Shown here: piece after piece, positions 18,601 to 28,196 of the stretch
Layout: each line of letters starts with the position of its first letter
How positions within the stretch are numbered: position 1 is the stretch's first letter
Source: an uncultured virus (IMG/VR IMGVR_UViG_3300036806_000229)
Lineage: Duplodnaviria > Heunggongvirae > Uroviricota > Caudoviricetes
Strand: one strand, 5' to 3'
Virus record (IMG/VR): IMGVR_UViG_3300036806_000229
DNA: 64,000 nt
Notes under the pieces: model-generated
Seen by the model: the letters and a program-made list of their open reading frames with translations, nothing else
Database searches by the model: none
What the model was told of the DNA's origin: nothing
Made by a program: the position numbers and the translations under genes

Positions 18601-19664
18601 TCCGGGTCATTCTACTTTCCCTGTTCACATGGTTAAGTCTAACTACCCACGCGTCAGCTCAATTCTCTGACCTTCTAATCGGCGAGCAAAGCCGGAAAGT
18701 TGTTGTTGCAACACCACCACCGCCGCCAGGCGGCATATGTTCAACAACTCCTACGACTGCAGTTGCTCTAGGCATGACGCAGCAGATCTACTGCGCCGAC
18801 TTTTCTTTAAGTTCATACAGTACCCAAGCGTCCCCAGGTTATTTTAATCTAACAAACGGCTGGTTTGGATGCAACGGCGATACCAATCAACATGAATGGT
18901 ATCAGACCTATATTTACGTTCACTCTGGTGGGCCGTTCCCACCATGCTCCAATTTCTCCCCCGGAACCGCTGATCCATCTACCGGAACAACGACACTCAA
19001 GATTCACTGGAATGCGGCGGACTGCCCAAGCAGTTGCAACAGTCAAGCAAACGCCAATACCAATGCGATGCAAAATGGTTTGTGGGGCGGCAATGACGGC
19101 GGTTCTGGCTTTTGGTCCATGCCGACCAATTACTACTACAGCATTAAGTGGCGCGTATCAAGCGCTGTGTCTGGTTCGTACAACGCCGCAGATACCGTGG
19201 GGCTTGCGACATATTTGTTTGATGTTAACAGCCTACACTCAGGGAGCTTTACCTCCAACGAGTTAGACCCGGCGAATTGGCAGGCGGACAACAACCCATG
19301 CTGCAATCAGTATGGATTTGTGAACAATTGGGGAAACGGCAGCGATCCGGACCAGACAATTTACGCCTCGGGGAGCCCTGACATGGTGGCGGCACCGCAT
19401 ACGTTCGCCATCACGATCCGCAATAATGGGTCTTCGGGAGGAAGCAACGGGACGGCTTGCGAGTTTATCGACGATTCTCAGGTAGGGTCATGCATTGGGA
19501 TCAAGCCGACGACTGATCAGGGAAACAACTATCGCGGTATTGCCATTCATTCGATGGGGAACCTTCCGAGATCGTGGGATATGTATATCTACAGTATCCA
19601 AGTGTTCACTCGAGCTGGGTGTGCGTGGCAGAGCAATCCATGTTTAGGTTCAGCATCTCCGTAA
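18597..19664 (+). CDS. Exported ConA/GH16-like carbohydrate-binding protein
   Basis: Signal peptide ASA-Q; poly-Pro linker; NELD and HTFAI..FID..G GH16-like pattern; 12 Cys. Confidence 0.55.
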   Translation: MIRVILLSLFTWLSLTTHASAQFSDLLIGEQSRKVVVATPPPPPGGICSTTPTTAVALGMTQQIYCADFSLSSYSTQASPGYFNLTNGWFGCNGDTNQHEWYQTYIYVHSGGPFPPCSNFSPGTADPSTGTTTLKIHWNAADCPSSCNSQANANTNAMQNGLWGGNDGGSGFWSMPTNYYYSIKWRVSSAVSGSYNAADTVGLATYLFDVNSLHSGSFTSNELDPANWQADNNPCCNQYGFVNNWGNGSDPDQTIYASGSPDMVAAPHTFAITIRNNGSSGGSNGTACEFIDDSQVGSCIGIKPTTDQGNNYRGIAIHSMGNLPRSWDMYIYSIQVFTRAGCAWQSNPCLGSASP

Positions 19665-19673
19665 CGAGTTTCT

Positions 19674-20156
19674 ATGACAGTATTAACTCGATTTAAAGAC
19701 CTCTGGTCTCATGTGAAAGCATTTATTGATCGGCCAAGAGGCGGCCTGGAAGTTGAGATGGTTTACGCTGGAATTGAACTGTGTGTAGCAGTGTTGATAT
19801 TAATCAATGGACAGGAAATATTGGACACACCTTCGTTCCAGATATTTTATTGGAAATTGAGTTATGTCTATGTTGGAATTGCATGGTTAGTGTCTGCTGT
19901 ATTAACATATTTTGGTTTAATTCTTTTCTGGACACGGCATAAACTCTGTGCAGTTTTCCGTTTTCTTGGGGCTCTTTTTTCGGCCACGGTTTGGTTTTGG
20001 GTTTTATGGAACGTAACTACGACTTACGACCGGATGACTACAGCAATTATAACTGGTGTATCGGTTTTTGGGATCATATGGCAATATCGAATCATGATTT
20101 CAGCCTTGAGCCGCCAGCGACGGTATTGGATAGAATGGCATGTCAGTACCGATTGA
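19674..20156 (+). CDS. Membrane protein, about 4 TM
   Basis: Four hydrophobic segments. Confidence 0.7.
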   Translation: MTVLTRFKDLWSHVKAFIDRPRGGLEVEMVYAGIELCVAVLILINGQEILDTPSFQIFYWKLSYVYVGIAWLVSAVLTYFGLILFWTRHKLCAVFRFLGALFSATVWFWVLWNVTTTYDRMTTAIITGVSVFGIIWQYRIMISALSRQRRYWIEWHVSTD

Positions 20157-20571
20157 GGGTGCAGGTTCGGCACCTTGGTGGTTTTCGTTTATTGTATCTG
20201 CCGTAGTATCAGCAGTGTTGGGGTTATTAAGTGCCTTGTATGTTAAGAAATCTGATTGGCGGCGGGAAGACCATAAAACAGTTTCGGCAGCAGAGCTGGC
20301 ATTACCTAGTCAGATGAGTGAAGCATATAAAGGGCTGGTTGAGGATTTAAGTAAACAGTTAGCTGATCAAATAGAAAGCGGTAACAAACTGTGGATTGAG
20401 TTTCGTAAAATGCAGCAGGCATTGGTTGATGCCGAAAACAAACATCGAGAGTGTGAAACACGGGTGTTGAGACTTGAGTCGGAAAATAAGACACAAAGCC
20501 GTAGAATATCCGCCTTAGAAACTCGACAGCAAATTATTCGCCCGGATACTGATTATATAAAAGGAGGCTGA
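20140..20571 (+). CDS. TM-anchored coiled-coil protein (lysis-associated?)
   Basis: N-terminal TM then a long heptad coiled coil; between two membrane genes. Confidence 0.6.
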   Translation: MSVPIEGAGSAPWWFSFIVSAVVSAVLGLLSALYVKKSDWRREDHKTVSAAELALPSQMSEAYKGLVEDLSKQLADQIESGNKLWIEFRKMQQALVDAENKHRECETRVLRLESENKTQSRRISALETRQQIIRPDTDYIKGG

Positions 20572-20573
20572 AT

Positions 20574-20840
20574 TTGAATTCAGATACAGTAAGAACATGG
20601 GGGCAGTTGAGTTTATGTGTCTTGACCGGGATTATTTTCTGTGTAGGATTTACTGCCGCGTGGTTATCTAAAGACCAATCAAATCTTGGATTGTTCTACG
20701 GTGCAATAATCGCGTTGTTTACTCAGGTTGTTAATTACTTCATCGGCTCGTCAGCAAGTTCACAAAAAAAGGATGATATTATTGCGAATAGAGAAGTTCC
20801 AAACCCAACCCCAACCCCGCCTTCAACCCCAAATCCTTAG
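20574..20840 (+). CDS. Holin-like protein
   Basis: Two TM helices followed by YFIGSSASSQKKD, a C-terminal motif common in phage holins. Confidence 0.6.
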   Translation: MNSDTVRTWGQLSLCVLTGIIFCVGFTAAWLSKDQSNLGLFYGAIIALFTQVVNYFIGSSASSQKKDDIIANREVPNPTPTPPSTPNP

Positions 20841-20852
20841 GAGAAGTTTAAC

Positions 20853-21062
20853 ATGTCACTACCGTGGACCAAAACAGTAAGCGGCATCACCACAACCTAT
20901 ACCATTACCGATCAATCCGGCAGTTCGCTGGCTTTGGCGGTGCAAACCGGCGTGACAGGAAATATAATCACATCCACGACGCAAAGTGGCAACTTTCATC
21001 AGGACGGAATGGATAATCTCATGATCCTGATGCAGTTGGTCGGCACGGGTTTACTCCCGTAA
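20853..21062 (+). CDS. Hypothetical protein
   Basis: AGGAG RBS; fills the operon gap. Confidence 0.6.
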   Translation: MSLPWTKTVSGITTTYTITDQSGSSLALAVQTGVTGNIITSTTQSGNFHQDGMDNLMILMQLVGTGLLP

Positions 21063-21099
21063 GAAAAATCAGGTCTACGGTGTAGAAAGGATACATATC

Positions 21100-23208
21100 G
21101 TGGATACTTTTAATTTCTTCCTTCCCTTGTCCAAGGTCGAGAAAAACAAGGATGGAAGCTGCACCGTAGCCGGGTACGCATCAACGCCGTCGATTGATCT
21201 GGATGGCGAGATTGTCAGTCTCGACGCGGTTAAAGCCGCCCTTCCTGGTTATTGGGAATGGCGGAACATTAGAGAAATGCACCAACCACGGGCAGTGGGT
21301 GTTGCAAAAGAAGCGAATGTGGATGACAAGGGTTTATTTCTTACGTCTCGGATCACCGATAAGGAGGCGGCCCAGAAGTGCCTAGATCAGGTTTACAAGG
21401 GCTATTCCATTGGTGGGAAGAAGCTGAGTAAGCAGGGAAATATTATTACGGAAATCGAGTTGATCGAGGTTAGTTTGGTTGATCGACCCGCCAATCCAGA
21501 TTGTCGAATTGAATTGTCGAAACGGGCTAAAGATGGAGATAATTATTTAATTAAAACTAAACCATCCCGTGAACCAGCGGCCAAGGCCATTGCTAAAATG
21601 GCACAGGCTGTGGAACTGATGTCAAAGGCCGGACCAAAAGCCGCGCATGATGGCTTTAGCCTGCCGGCAGGGCCGGAAAGTAAAGTTCCGTTGCCTAAAG
21701 ATCCCCATCCTAACGAAAATATCACCCGCAAAGACGGCGGAATTGCATGTAAAGAACATGGTAAGGTTGACTGCGCCGAATGTGCCGGGATGGATAAGCG
21801 GGACGTTGGGAAGGATGAACGAAAAGATTTGGCTGGGAAAGGTGATGCCAATCCAGATGGTTCGTTCCCGATTAAGAACAAATCAGATCTTGCCAATGCG
21901 CGACAGGCGATTGGTAGAAGTAAAAATCCTGGCAAAACCCGGGCGTTAATTCGTCGTCGGGCAAAGGAACTTGGCGTCAAGCTCCCATCCAATTGGAAGA
22001 AAAAACTAGCCAAAAAGCTGATTAAAAAGGCCGAGAAGAAATGTGCTAAGGCGGCAGCGATTGCGGACCTCGGCAAGTCCATGTCTGTAATTCCGCCACT
22101 TTCTTCCGCCTTTGATTCGATTCGCAATTCCCAGCGCAGTTTGATTATGGAATCCAAGCGCGAAAAAGATGGAAAGGATAAAAAACTTGCCGAGAAGTTA
22201 GGCAGTATTTCAAATGACCTGGCCGCGGTCATCGGCCAGAAAGCAACGCACGAAGGATCGGAGGCGATTGACTATTCCGATGCCGATGACCAGTGGATTC
22301 AGTCATACCTAACAGACGGTGATGAGGACGAGATGACGCAAAAAACGGTACAGGGTGCGGGTCTGGATCAGGCGCTAGCTACCCTGGTTAAAAAGGCAAT
22401 GATGCCAAGCCGCGCTAGCCGGATGAATATGGCAAAAGCCAATATTCAAAAGGCAAGGAAGATGCGGAAAGAATGTTCAGCATCTATTTCCAAGGCACAT
22501 GGGATGTTGAAAGCGGTTTATTTGTCCAAGACCGCCGGGTCAAAGAAAAAAGAAGAAATGGATGACGACATGGACAACATGGAAAAGGTAATGGGCGAAT
22601 TACAGAAAGCCCACACCGCAATGGAGAATATGAAAACGTTTCATAAAGCCGCGGAAGGGCATATTGAAAAGCTCAGCCGTGCTGGTCAACGCGGACAGGA
22701 AGCCGCCGACTCCGAGCCGGGATTTTACGAAGTGCCGCCAGGAGTTAAGGACATGACCCCGGATGCAATGGCATCGTCACCGCCAGGCGCTCGCGGTGGT
22801 GGAAGTATGCCACCGGCATATCCTGATTCGGGTCAGCAATATCCTGGCAAAGCCGCCAAGTTTGCCAAAGGTGGTATGGTTCCGGTCGAGGTCGCCGAAC
22901 TCATGGCCGAGAATGCAAGACTTTCCGGCCAGGTCGCAGCCCTAGACCGGCTGCCCTCGGGCCGCGGTAAGCCTCATGTATTTGATCTGAACAAGACGTT
23001 TAACGGTGGCGGGCAACAACAGGACCGTAATTCGCTCCTGTTCGATGGCGTGAACACCAACCTTCTTAATGCCGAAGAGGAATCTATCCGTACCCCGGAA
23101 ATTGGGAAGGTTGTAGGCAACTACCTCCTTTCAGGTCGTGCCTTCGGTAAATCTATTCTCGATCCGAGTTTTAAAGGCTCGGCAGGGAATGGAAAAAGAT
23201 CAGCATAA
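21100..23208 (+). CDS. HK97-type prohead protease with scaffold region and DUF6582-like insert
   Basis: VAGYAST..DLDGE, REMH, GYSIGG, EVSLVDRPANP; central DGSFPIKNKSDLANA module; Lys/Met-rich helical C-terminus. Confidence 0.85.
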   Translation: MDTFNFFLPLSKVEKNKDGSCTVAGYASTPSIDLDGEIVSLDAVKAALPGYWEWRNIREMHQPRAVGVAKEANVDDKGLFLTSRITDKEAAQKCLDQVYKGYSIGGKKLSKQGNIITEIELIEVSLVDRPANPDCRIELSKRAKDGDNYLIKTKPSREPAAKAIAKMAQAVELMSKAGPKAAHDGFSLPAGPESKVPLPKDPHPNENITRKDGGIACKEHGKVDCAECAGMDKRDVGKDERKDLAGKGDANPDGSFPIKNKSDLANARQAIGRSKNPGKTRALIRRRAKELGVKLPSNWKKKLAKKLIKKAEKKCAKAAAIADLGKSMSVIPPLSSAFDSIRNSQRSLIMESKREKDGKDKKLAEKLGSISNDLAAVIGQKATHEGSEAIDYSDADDQWIQSYLTDGDEDEMTQKTVQGAGLDQALATLVKKAMMPSRASRMNMAKANIQKARKMRKECSASISKAHGMLKAVYLSKTAGSKKKEEMDDDMDNMEKVMGELQKAHTAMENMKTFHKAAEGHIEKLSRAGQRGQEAADSEPGFYEVPPGVKDMTPDAMASSPPGARGGGSMPPAYPDSGQQYPGKAAKFAKGGMVPVEVAELMAENARLSGQVAALDRLPSGRGKPHVFDLNKTFNGGGQQQDRNSLLFDGVNTNLLNAEEESIRTPEIGKVVGNYLLSGRAFGKSILDPSFKGSAGNGKRSA

Positions 23209-23226
23209 AGAAAGGAGATAGTTTAA

Positions 23227-24900
23227 ATGGATAACATGCAACCAGTACCATTTACTGGTAACAACGGTATCGGCAACGAATTTGTCCTGGCCCTGTTAAA
23301 CAACGAGGGCTTTGTCAATGAGTTGCAGAAACGGTTGGGCGGGGATCTGTATAAGGCAGATACGATTTCCCAGGCGACAAACCTGCTCTGGTATGATCTT
23401 AAGCCGATTGTCCAGATGTTATATCCTTATCGGGAATTGATCCCGAGAATTAGCAGGCTTCCGCGTGTACCGGCAGATGGTGGAAATTCGTACCATTGGA
23501 AACGTATCACTGCCGTGAACGTGAACGGGGCCAGTTCCGGTGTCAGTGAGGGCAATCGCGGCGCGAGGATCGCGATTTCCGAACAGGACATGTTGGCCGC
23601 GTACAAGACCCTGGGTTTTGAATCCAGTGTCACGTTCGAGGCCAGGCTTGGGGGTCGGAATCTAAGCCCCGAAACCCTCGGGATTTCAGTTCAATCCAGC
23701 CTGCGTTCGTTGATGATCGATGAGGAAAAGATCCTCATCAACGGTGATGCTGGGATGCCGTTGGGTGTGACCCCGACGCCTACCTTGGCTAATGCGACAA
23801 TCTCAGGTTTAACCGGCGCGTTTTCATCTGGGACAGTGTATGTAATCTGCGTCGCCCTTACCGGCATGGGGTTCTTGGGGTACCAACCCTATTCATCGGT
23901 CACGAACCTTGGCGGGGTACTTGGACAGGTTACCAAGATCAATGCTGATGGGTCCAGTGATACCTACGGTGGTGGCTCGGCTCAGCCTTCTGCCGAAGCA
24001 TCGTTGGCTTCGTCTGGTGTCCAGGTTGTGGTTGCATCCGTGACCCCAGTTGCCGGTGCCTTTGCATATGCTTGGTTCGTCGGCTCGGCTTCCGGTGCAG
24101 AATACCTGGCCGGGCTCTCACCTTCGAGCCAGGTGTACTTGACCAAATACCCTGCCACGACAAACCAGCCGGTTGGGAATCTGAAAGTCGGCGCAACCTA
24201 TGCCGACAATTCAACCGATGTGCTGGTACCGGACGGGATCTTGACCCAGATCTCTGGCGCCATCCTAGGTCCTGATCCAGGTCGGTACATGGCAACAAAT
24301 CCGCTGTTGCCAAGCGTGGTTAATGCCGGCGATACTATGACTATCTCCCCCGGCGGTAGTATAATCTACAACATGAGGAATGGTAATACTGGCCTGACAC
24401 TATCGGGAAGCAATTTCGCCGAAATCGACGCAGTGTTGAGGGCGGCATACGATCAGTACAAAATCGGTTTCGATCGGATCTTGATCTCGGCGCAGGATTT
24501 GGCCGATACATTCGGCGCGATGTTAGGTCAGGCATCGACTAACAACGGCTTCCGGATCTGGTTCGATGCGGACCAAGAAACCGGGCGGATTGTTGCGGGT
24601 AGACGGGTTACGTCGTACCTGAACAAGTTCTTCAACAACACCCTTGACGTTGAAGTTCATCCATATGTTCCGCCGGGGACCATTATATTCTGGTCAGATC
24701 GATCGCCATACGAACTTTCGGGCATTGCCAACTTGCTCGAAGCCCGTGTGAGACAGGACTATTACCAGATCCAGTGGCCCTGGAAATCCCGCCGGTATGA
24801 ATATGGCGTGTATGTGGACGAAGTGTTTTCGTGCTACTTCACCCCGGCATTTGCCATGATTACCAACAAAAACCCGGCTACTGGTAACTTTGCGTTATAA
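23227..24900 (+). CDS. Major capsid protein (with Ig/FN3-like insertion)
   Basis: Follows the protease, strong AAGGAG RBS, 557 aa; HK97-like features (EEKILINGD, VHPYVPPGTI). Confidence 0.85.
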   Translation: MDNMQPVPFTGNNGIGNEFVLALLNNEGFVNELQKRLGGDLYKADTISQATNLLWYDLKPIVQMLYPYRELIPRISRLPRVPADGGNSYHWKRITAVNVNGASSGVSEGNRGARIAISEQDMLAAYKTLGFESSVTFEARLGGRNLSPETLGISVQSSLRSLMIDEEKILINGDAGMPLGVTPTPTLANATISGLTGAFSSGTVYVICVALTGMGFLGYQPYSSVTNLGGVLGQVTKINADGSSDTYGGGSAQPSAEASLASSGVQVVVASVTPVAGAFAYAWFVGSASGAEYLAGLSPSSQVYLTKYPATTNQPVGNLKVGATYADNSTDVLVPDGILTQISGAILGPDPGRYMATNPLLPSVVNAGDTMTISPGGSIIYNMRNGNTGLTLSGSNFAEIDAVLRAAYDQYKIGFDRILISAQDLADTFGAMLGQASTNNGFRIWFDADQETGRIVAGRRVTSYLNKFFNNTLDVEVHPYVPPGTIIFWSDRSPYELSGIANLLEARVRQDYYQIQWPWKSRRYEYGVYVDEVFSCYFTPAFAMITNKNPATGNFAL

Positions 24901-24905
24901 TCCAT

Positions 24906-25367
24906 ATGGCCGGACTTTGTGCAGATTGTGATGGTTGCTGCAGGGTTTTTGAAGTAAAGGAGGTTCAAAAACCCTTCGGCGAACCGTGTAAACATCTGGG
25001 GCCAACAGCCTTTGGTCACGGATGTAGAATTTATGCCGACCGGCCACAGGCATGCCAGAATTATGTATGCCTGTGGCTAGATTCTCAACGGCGTAAAGAT
25101 ACCGAACGAATGGCCGAGAACCTTCGGCCAAACGTGTGTAAAGTGGTTATGGGTTGGCCGTGGGGCGAGGATAGGGAAACGCTTTTTGTCTATCCATACC
25201 CATCCCATCCTAATGCCTGGCGAATTCCACCAGTTTCAGACCATCTTCGCATGATCCTGTCTCGCGGCGGGAAAATTGTAGTTGTGACCGGGAAACACCG
25301 CATCGCCCTTCGGGGCGACATGGCGATTATTGGGACAGAAGACGAGTTTGAACAATATCTAAAATAG
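24906..25367 (+). CDS. YkgJ-like cysteine-cluster protein
   Basis: CADCDGCC...CKHL...CRIYADRPQAC..YVC. Confidence 0.75.
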   Translation: MAGLCADCDGCCRVFEVKEVQKPFGEPCKHLGPTAFGHGCRIYADRPQACQNYVCLWLDSQRRKDTERMAENLRPNVCKVVMGWPWGEDRETLFVYPYPSHPNAWRIPPVSDHLRMILSRGGKIVVVTGKHRIALRGDMAIIGTEDEFEQYLK

Positions 25368-25376
25368 GAGAAAATC

Positions 25377-25829
25377 ATGTGGGTTAGGTTTCCATCTAGT
25401 ACGACTGCGATCACAATTCAACAACAGAACTTTACTGCCGAAGCAAAAGATGCAGAAGGCAGACACTATGCCCGCATCCCGGCACATTTTACCCCATACC
25501 TGCTCAATATGAATATGGGGTTTGAAATCTGTGATCCTCCCGCCGACACCGACTTGCCGGATTTGCCGACAAAGGACCCAGACAGTGACAAGGATATGAA
25601 ACATATGGGGCAGCAGTTGATTGCGGCCCAAACTGAAATGACCTCCATGCGTGAAGATTTCGCCGCTATGTCTGCGAAGCTCGCCTCTACAGTTCATGAA
25701 CGGGACAAGCTTTTTCAGGAAAATGAAAAACTCAAGGCACAGATTCAGGACATGGAAGAGGCGGCGGAAGACAAGCCGGCGGACAAGGCCCCGGCCCCGG
25801 CTCCTGACCTTTCTAAGCCTAAAAAATGA
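25377..25829 (+). CDS. Hypothetical head-associated coiled-coil protein
   Basis: AGGAG RBS; coiled-coil C-terminal half. Confidence 0.6.
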   Translation: MWVRFPSSTTAITIQQQNFTAEAKDAEGRHYARIPAHFTPYLLNMNMGFEICDPPADTDLPDLPTKDPDSDKDMKHMGQQLIAAQTEMTSMREDFAAMSAKLASTVHERDKLFQENEKLKAQIQDMEEAAEDKPADKAPAPAPDLSKPKK

Positions 25830-26731
25830 GCCTAGCAGGCGGAGATCTCACTACTCCGGCCAGATTTGGAACGTGGTTGCCGAACTTAAACTCAGCTTCC
25901 AATGCGATCGTTGCCCAGTTAATCACGGCATGTTCGCAGGCAATCTATTCCAAACTCAGCCGGGCAAGGACGTATTCCCAGTTATTCACCCGGATATTTG
26001 ACGGTGTTGGCACGAACCAGATTGTCCTGCCTGACTATCCAGTAACATCGATTAGTATAGTCCAGATTGCTGGCCGAGTAATTAACCCTGCGCCATTGCC
26101 GCTCTATAACCAGGGTGTAATTTCGGAGGCAAGTCCTGGTTATGGCTATCGATTCGTGCCGTGGAGTGGGGAGTTACCCGGCCAACCATCTGTGTTGGAA
26201 TTTAATAACGGATACTTTCCTCAAGGCGCCCAAAACGTTAAGGTTACTTACACGGCGGGATATTTGATTCAAGCGGAGCCTGTGGTCGTGCCGGTAAATC
26301 CCGGCCCATATGCCGTAACGGTAATGCAGCCGGAGGGTATCTGGTGCCTGGATAATGGGGTGACCTATGCCTCTGGCACCAGCTTGGTTCCCGTGACTGG
26401 AACGCCATCCACTGGGCAATATGTGGCTCCGACAGATACTAACCCCGGCGTCTATACCTTTTCATCTGGCGATGCAGGTAGACCGCTCTTTGTATCCTAT
26501 TCATTCATCCCCGCGGATTTGGAGGAGGCCTGTATTCAATACGTCGCCGAGAGATATTCCTACCGCTCCCGTATTGGGGAAATGAGTAAGAGCCTCGGAG
26601 GACAGGAGACGATTCATTATATGCGTGGCGGGAGAATGAACAGTCCATTCCCGGATCTCCCGCCCGAAGTTATGGGGTTGATCTGGCCCTACGTCACCGT
26701 TGTCCCGCCGGCAATCGGAGCGCCGATCTGA
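25826..26731 (+). CDS. Head-tail connector/adaptor
   Basis: LITACS.., LPDYPV.SI, QNVKVTYTAGY, PADLEEAC; gene position. Confidence 0.75.
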   Translation: MSLAGGDLTTPARFGTWLPNLNSASNAIVAQLITACSQAIYSKLSRARTYSQLFTRIFDGVGTNQIVLPDYPVTSISIVQIAGRVINPAPLPLYNQGVISEASPGYGYRFVPWSGELPGQPSVLEFNNGYFPQGAQNVKVTYTAGYLIQAEPVVVPVNPGPYAVTVMQPEGIWCLDNGVTYASGTSLVPVTGTPSTGQYVAPTDTNPGVYTFSSGDAGRPLFVSYSFIPADLEEACIQYVAERYSYRSRIGEMSKSLGGQETIHYMRGGRMNSPFPDLPPEVMGLIWPYVTVVPPAIGAPI

Positions 26732-27246
26732 TGTTTGACTTACACATCGAATTGACAGATATTTCCGCCCTGCTCAAAGTCGATACTTTGGATGCGAAGA
26801 TCGATAAGCAGGTGCGGATCAAGGTCGAGGCCGAAACGGATCGGTTGCGGGAAAAGGTTGTGGAAAACCTTTCGGGAAGGATATTAAAAACTCAGTCCGG
26901 ACGGTTGGCAGGAAGTGTTGTATCACATGTAACGACTGGCAGCGGGGAAGAAGGATATAGATTTTCTTCCCGAACCGTTGTCGGTACAGTTGAGATTGAA
27001 GACACTGATCCGAAGGTCTATGCCTACGGCATGGCTCATGAATATGGGGGTAAAGGATCGTATTCAATAATCCCGATTAATAAACGGTTCTTGGTTTTTG
27101 AACTGGATGGTAAGAACATATTCACCCGGTCGGTAGTCCATCCCGGTGCCAAGGAAAACAGCTTCATGCGCCTGGCTTTACGCGAAAGCCGCGAACATAT
27201 AATCTCGTCCATTGAACAAGGTGTTAATGAGGCAATACGATCGTGA
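26731..27246 (+). CDS. HK97 gp10-like neck/tail completion protein
   Basis: SGRLAGSV, AHEYGG, VVHPG..FMR.AL. Confidence 0.7.
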   Translation: MFDLHIELTDISALLKVDTLDAKIDKQVRIKVEAETDRLREKVVENLSGRILKTQSGRLAGSVVSHVTTGSGEEGYRFSSRTVVGTVEIEDTDPKVYAYGMAHEYGGKGSYSIIPINKRFLVFELDGKNIFTRSVVHPGAKENSFMRLALRESREHIISSIEQGVNEAIRS

Positions 27247-27707
27247 CGGCGGCAAATGAACGGGGACAGGTAATGTCGGCCTTGGAAACCGTGATTCAGG
27301 GTATGATATTTCCGGCAGCCATCAACGGCAGTACTTCGTGGCGTACCGTCAGCCGCCGGCTCCGGCTCTGGGGTGATGTGCCAGCTGATCAACAGCCTTA
27401 TGTCGCCCTTGTAACCCATATGGAGATGGATGAGTATCGGAACCTAGGAACACTACGCCGGCGGCTTGATCTTCGTGCCTGGTGTTATTCCCGCACTGAC
27501 GACCCGAATGCTATTGGCGGGATTGATCTTGACAACATGATGCAGGCGTTTGAAACGGCCTTGATGCCTGACAACCCTAGTCAAAACACCTTCACCTTAA
27601 ACGGCCTTGTCTACTGGTGCCGGATCGAAGGCCGTGTGTTTAAAGATCCCGGAGATATAGACAACCAGACCTTGTTAATGGTGCCAATTGTGGTTGAATG
27701 GCCATGA
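27243..27707 (+). CDS. Tail terminator-like protein
   Basis: Position before the tail tube; TLNGLV..CRIEG pattern. Confidence 0.6.
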   Translation: MTAANERGQVMSALETVIQGMIFPAAINGSTSWRTVSRRLRLWGDVPADQQPYVALVTHMEMDEYRNLGTLRRRLDLRAWCYSRTDDPNAIGGIDLDNMMQAFETALMPDNPSQNTFTLNGLVYWCRIEGRVFKDPGDIDNQTLLMVPIVVEWP

Positions 27708-27745
27708 TTGGATTAGACGACAATACCCACTAAAGGAGAGAAAAA

Positions 27746-27982
27746 GTGTCTGATGAACATGAACCAACCCATGAACTAGCCCAGCCAGTGAACAGCGATC
27801 TATCCGAGCCAAAGGCAAAGGCATTGCCAGAGCCGGCATTGCCAGAACCTTCAAACACGGATAAGAAAATTGACGCCTGGTGGCAGGACAAGATGCAAGG
27901 GTCAATCGTAGCCAGGAATGTGGAAATCTGGAACTACATGCGTGAGGCCATGGAAGATCTGAAGAAACGGCTGGGAGGCTAA
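27746..27982 (+). CDS. Hypothetical protein
   Basis: AAGGAG RBS; in operon. Confidence 0.55.
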   Translation: MSDEHEPTHELAQPVNSDLSEPKAKALPEPALPEPSNTDKKIDAWWQDKMQGSIVARNVEIWNYMREAMEDLKKRLGG

Positions 27983-27983
27983 A

Positions 27984-28196
27984 TTGAAGGTGGCCAAGGT
28001 TTCCTTCTGGTTCCATCGAATCCATCTATGGTGGAAAAAGTCAAAAAATCCAGACGACGCGTTGATATTCTGGGAATCTTTTGGCTTTAAACACGTCCCG
28101 GAAACTGGTCTACCGCCGCCGGTATTTAATCTGGATATTCTTCATCAACGGAACGCCGACGCGATCCGAAAACTAGCGAGGTTGAAATGCAGTTAA
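27984..28196 (+). CDS. Hypothetical protein
   Basis: GGAGG RBS; in operon. Confidence 0.4.
   Translation: MKVAKVSFWFHRIHLWWKKSKNPDDALIFWESFGFKHVPETGLPPPVFNLDILHQRNADAIRKLARLKCS

Noticed and set aside
18647..18660. Exact reverse-complement copy of the early-region GAGCTGACGCGTGG motif
   Set aside because: A single isolated copy encoding the signal-peptide cleavage site (HASAQ); probably coincidental
11112..19664. Diversity-generating retroelement or invertible tail-fibre cassette
   Set aside because: No reverse transcriptase, invertase or near-identical template/variable repeat pair was seen; paralogy is only at distant protein level
21543..22232. Long antisense ORFs (229 aa here; also 11591..12124, 16458..17042, 30850..31386, 53460..53972)
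   Set aside because: They are shadows of well-supported genes on the opposite strand, with no motifs or RBS
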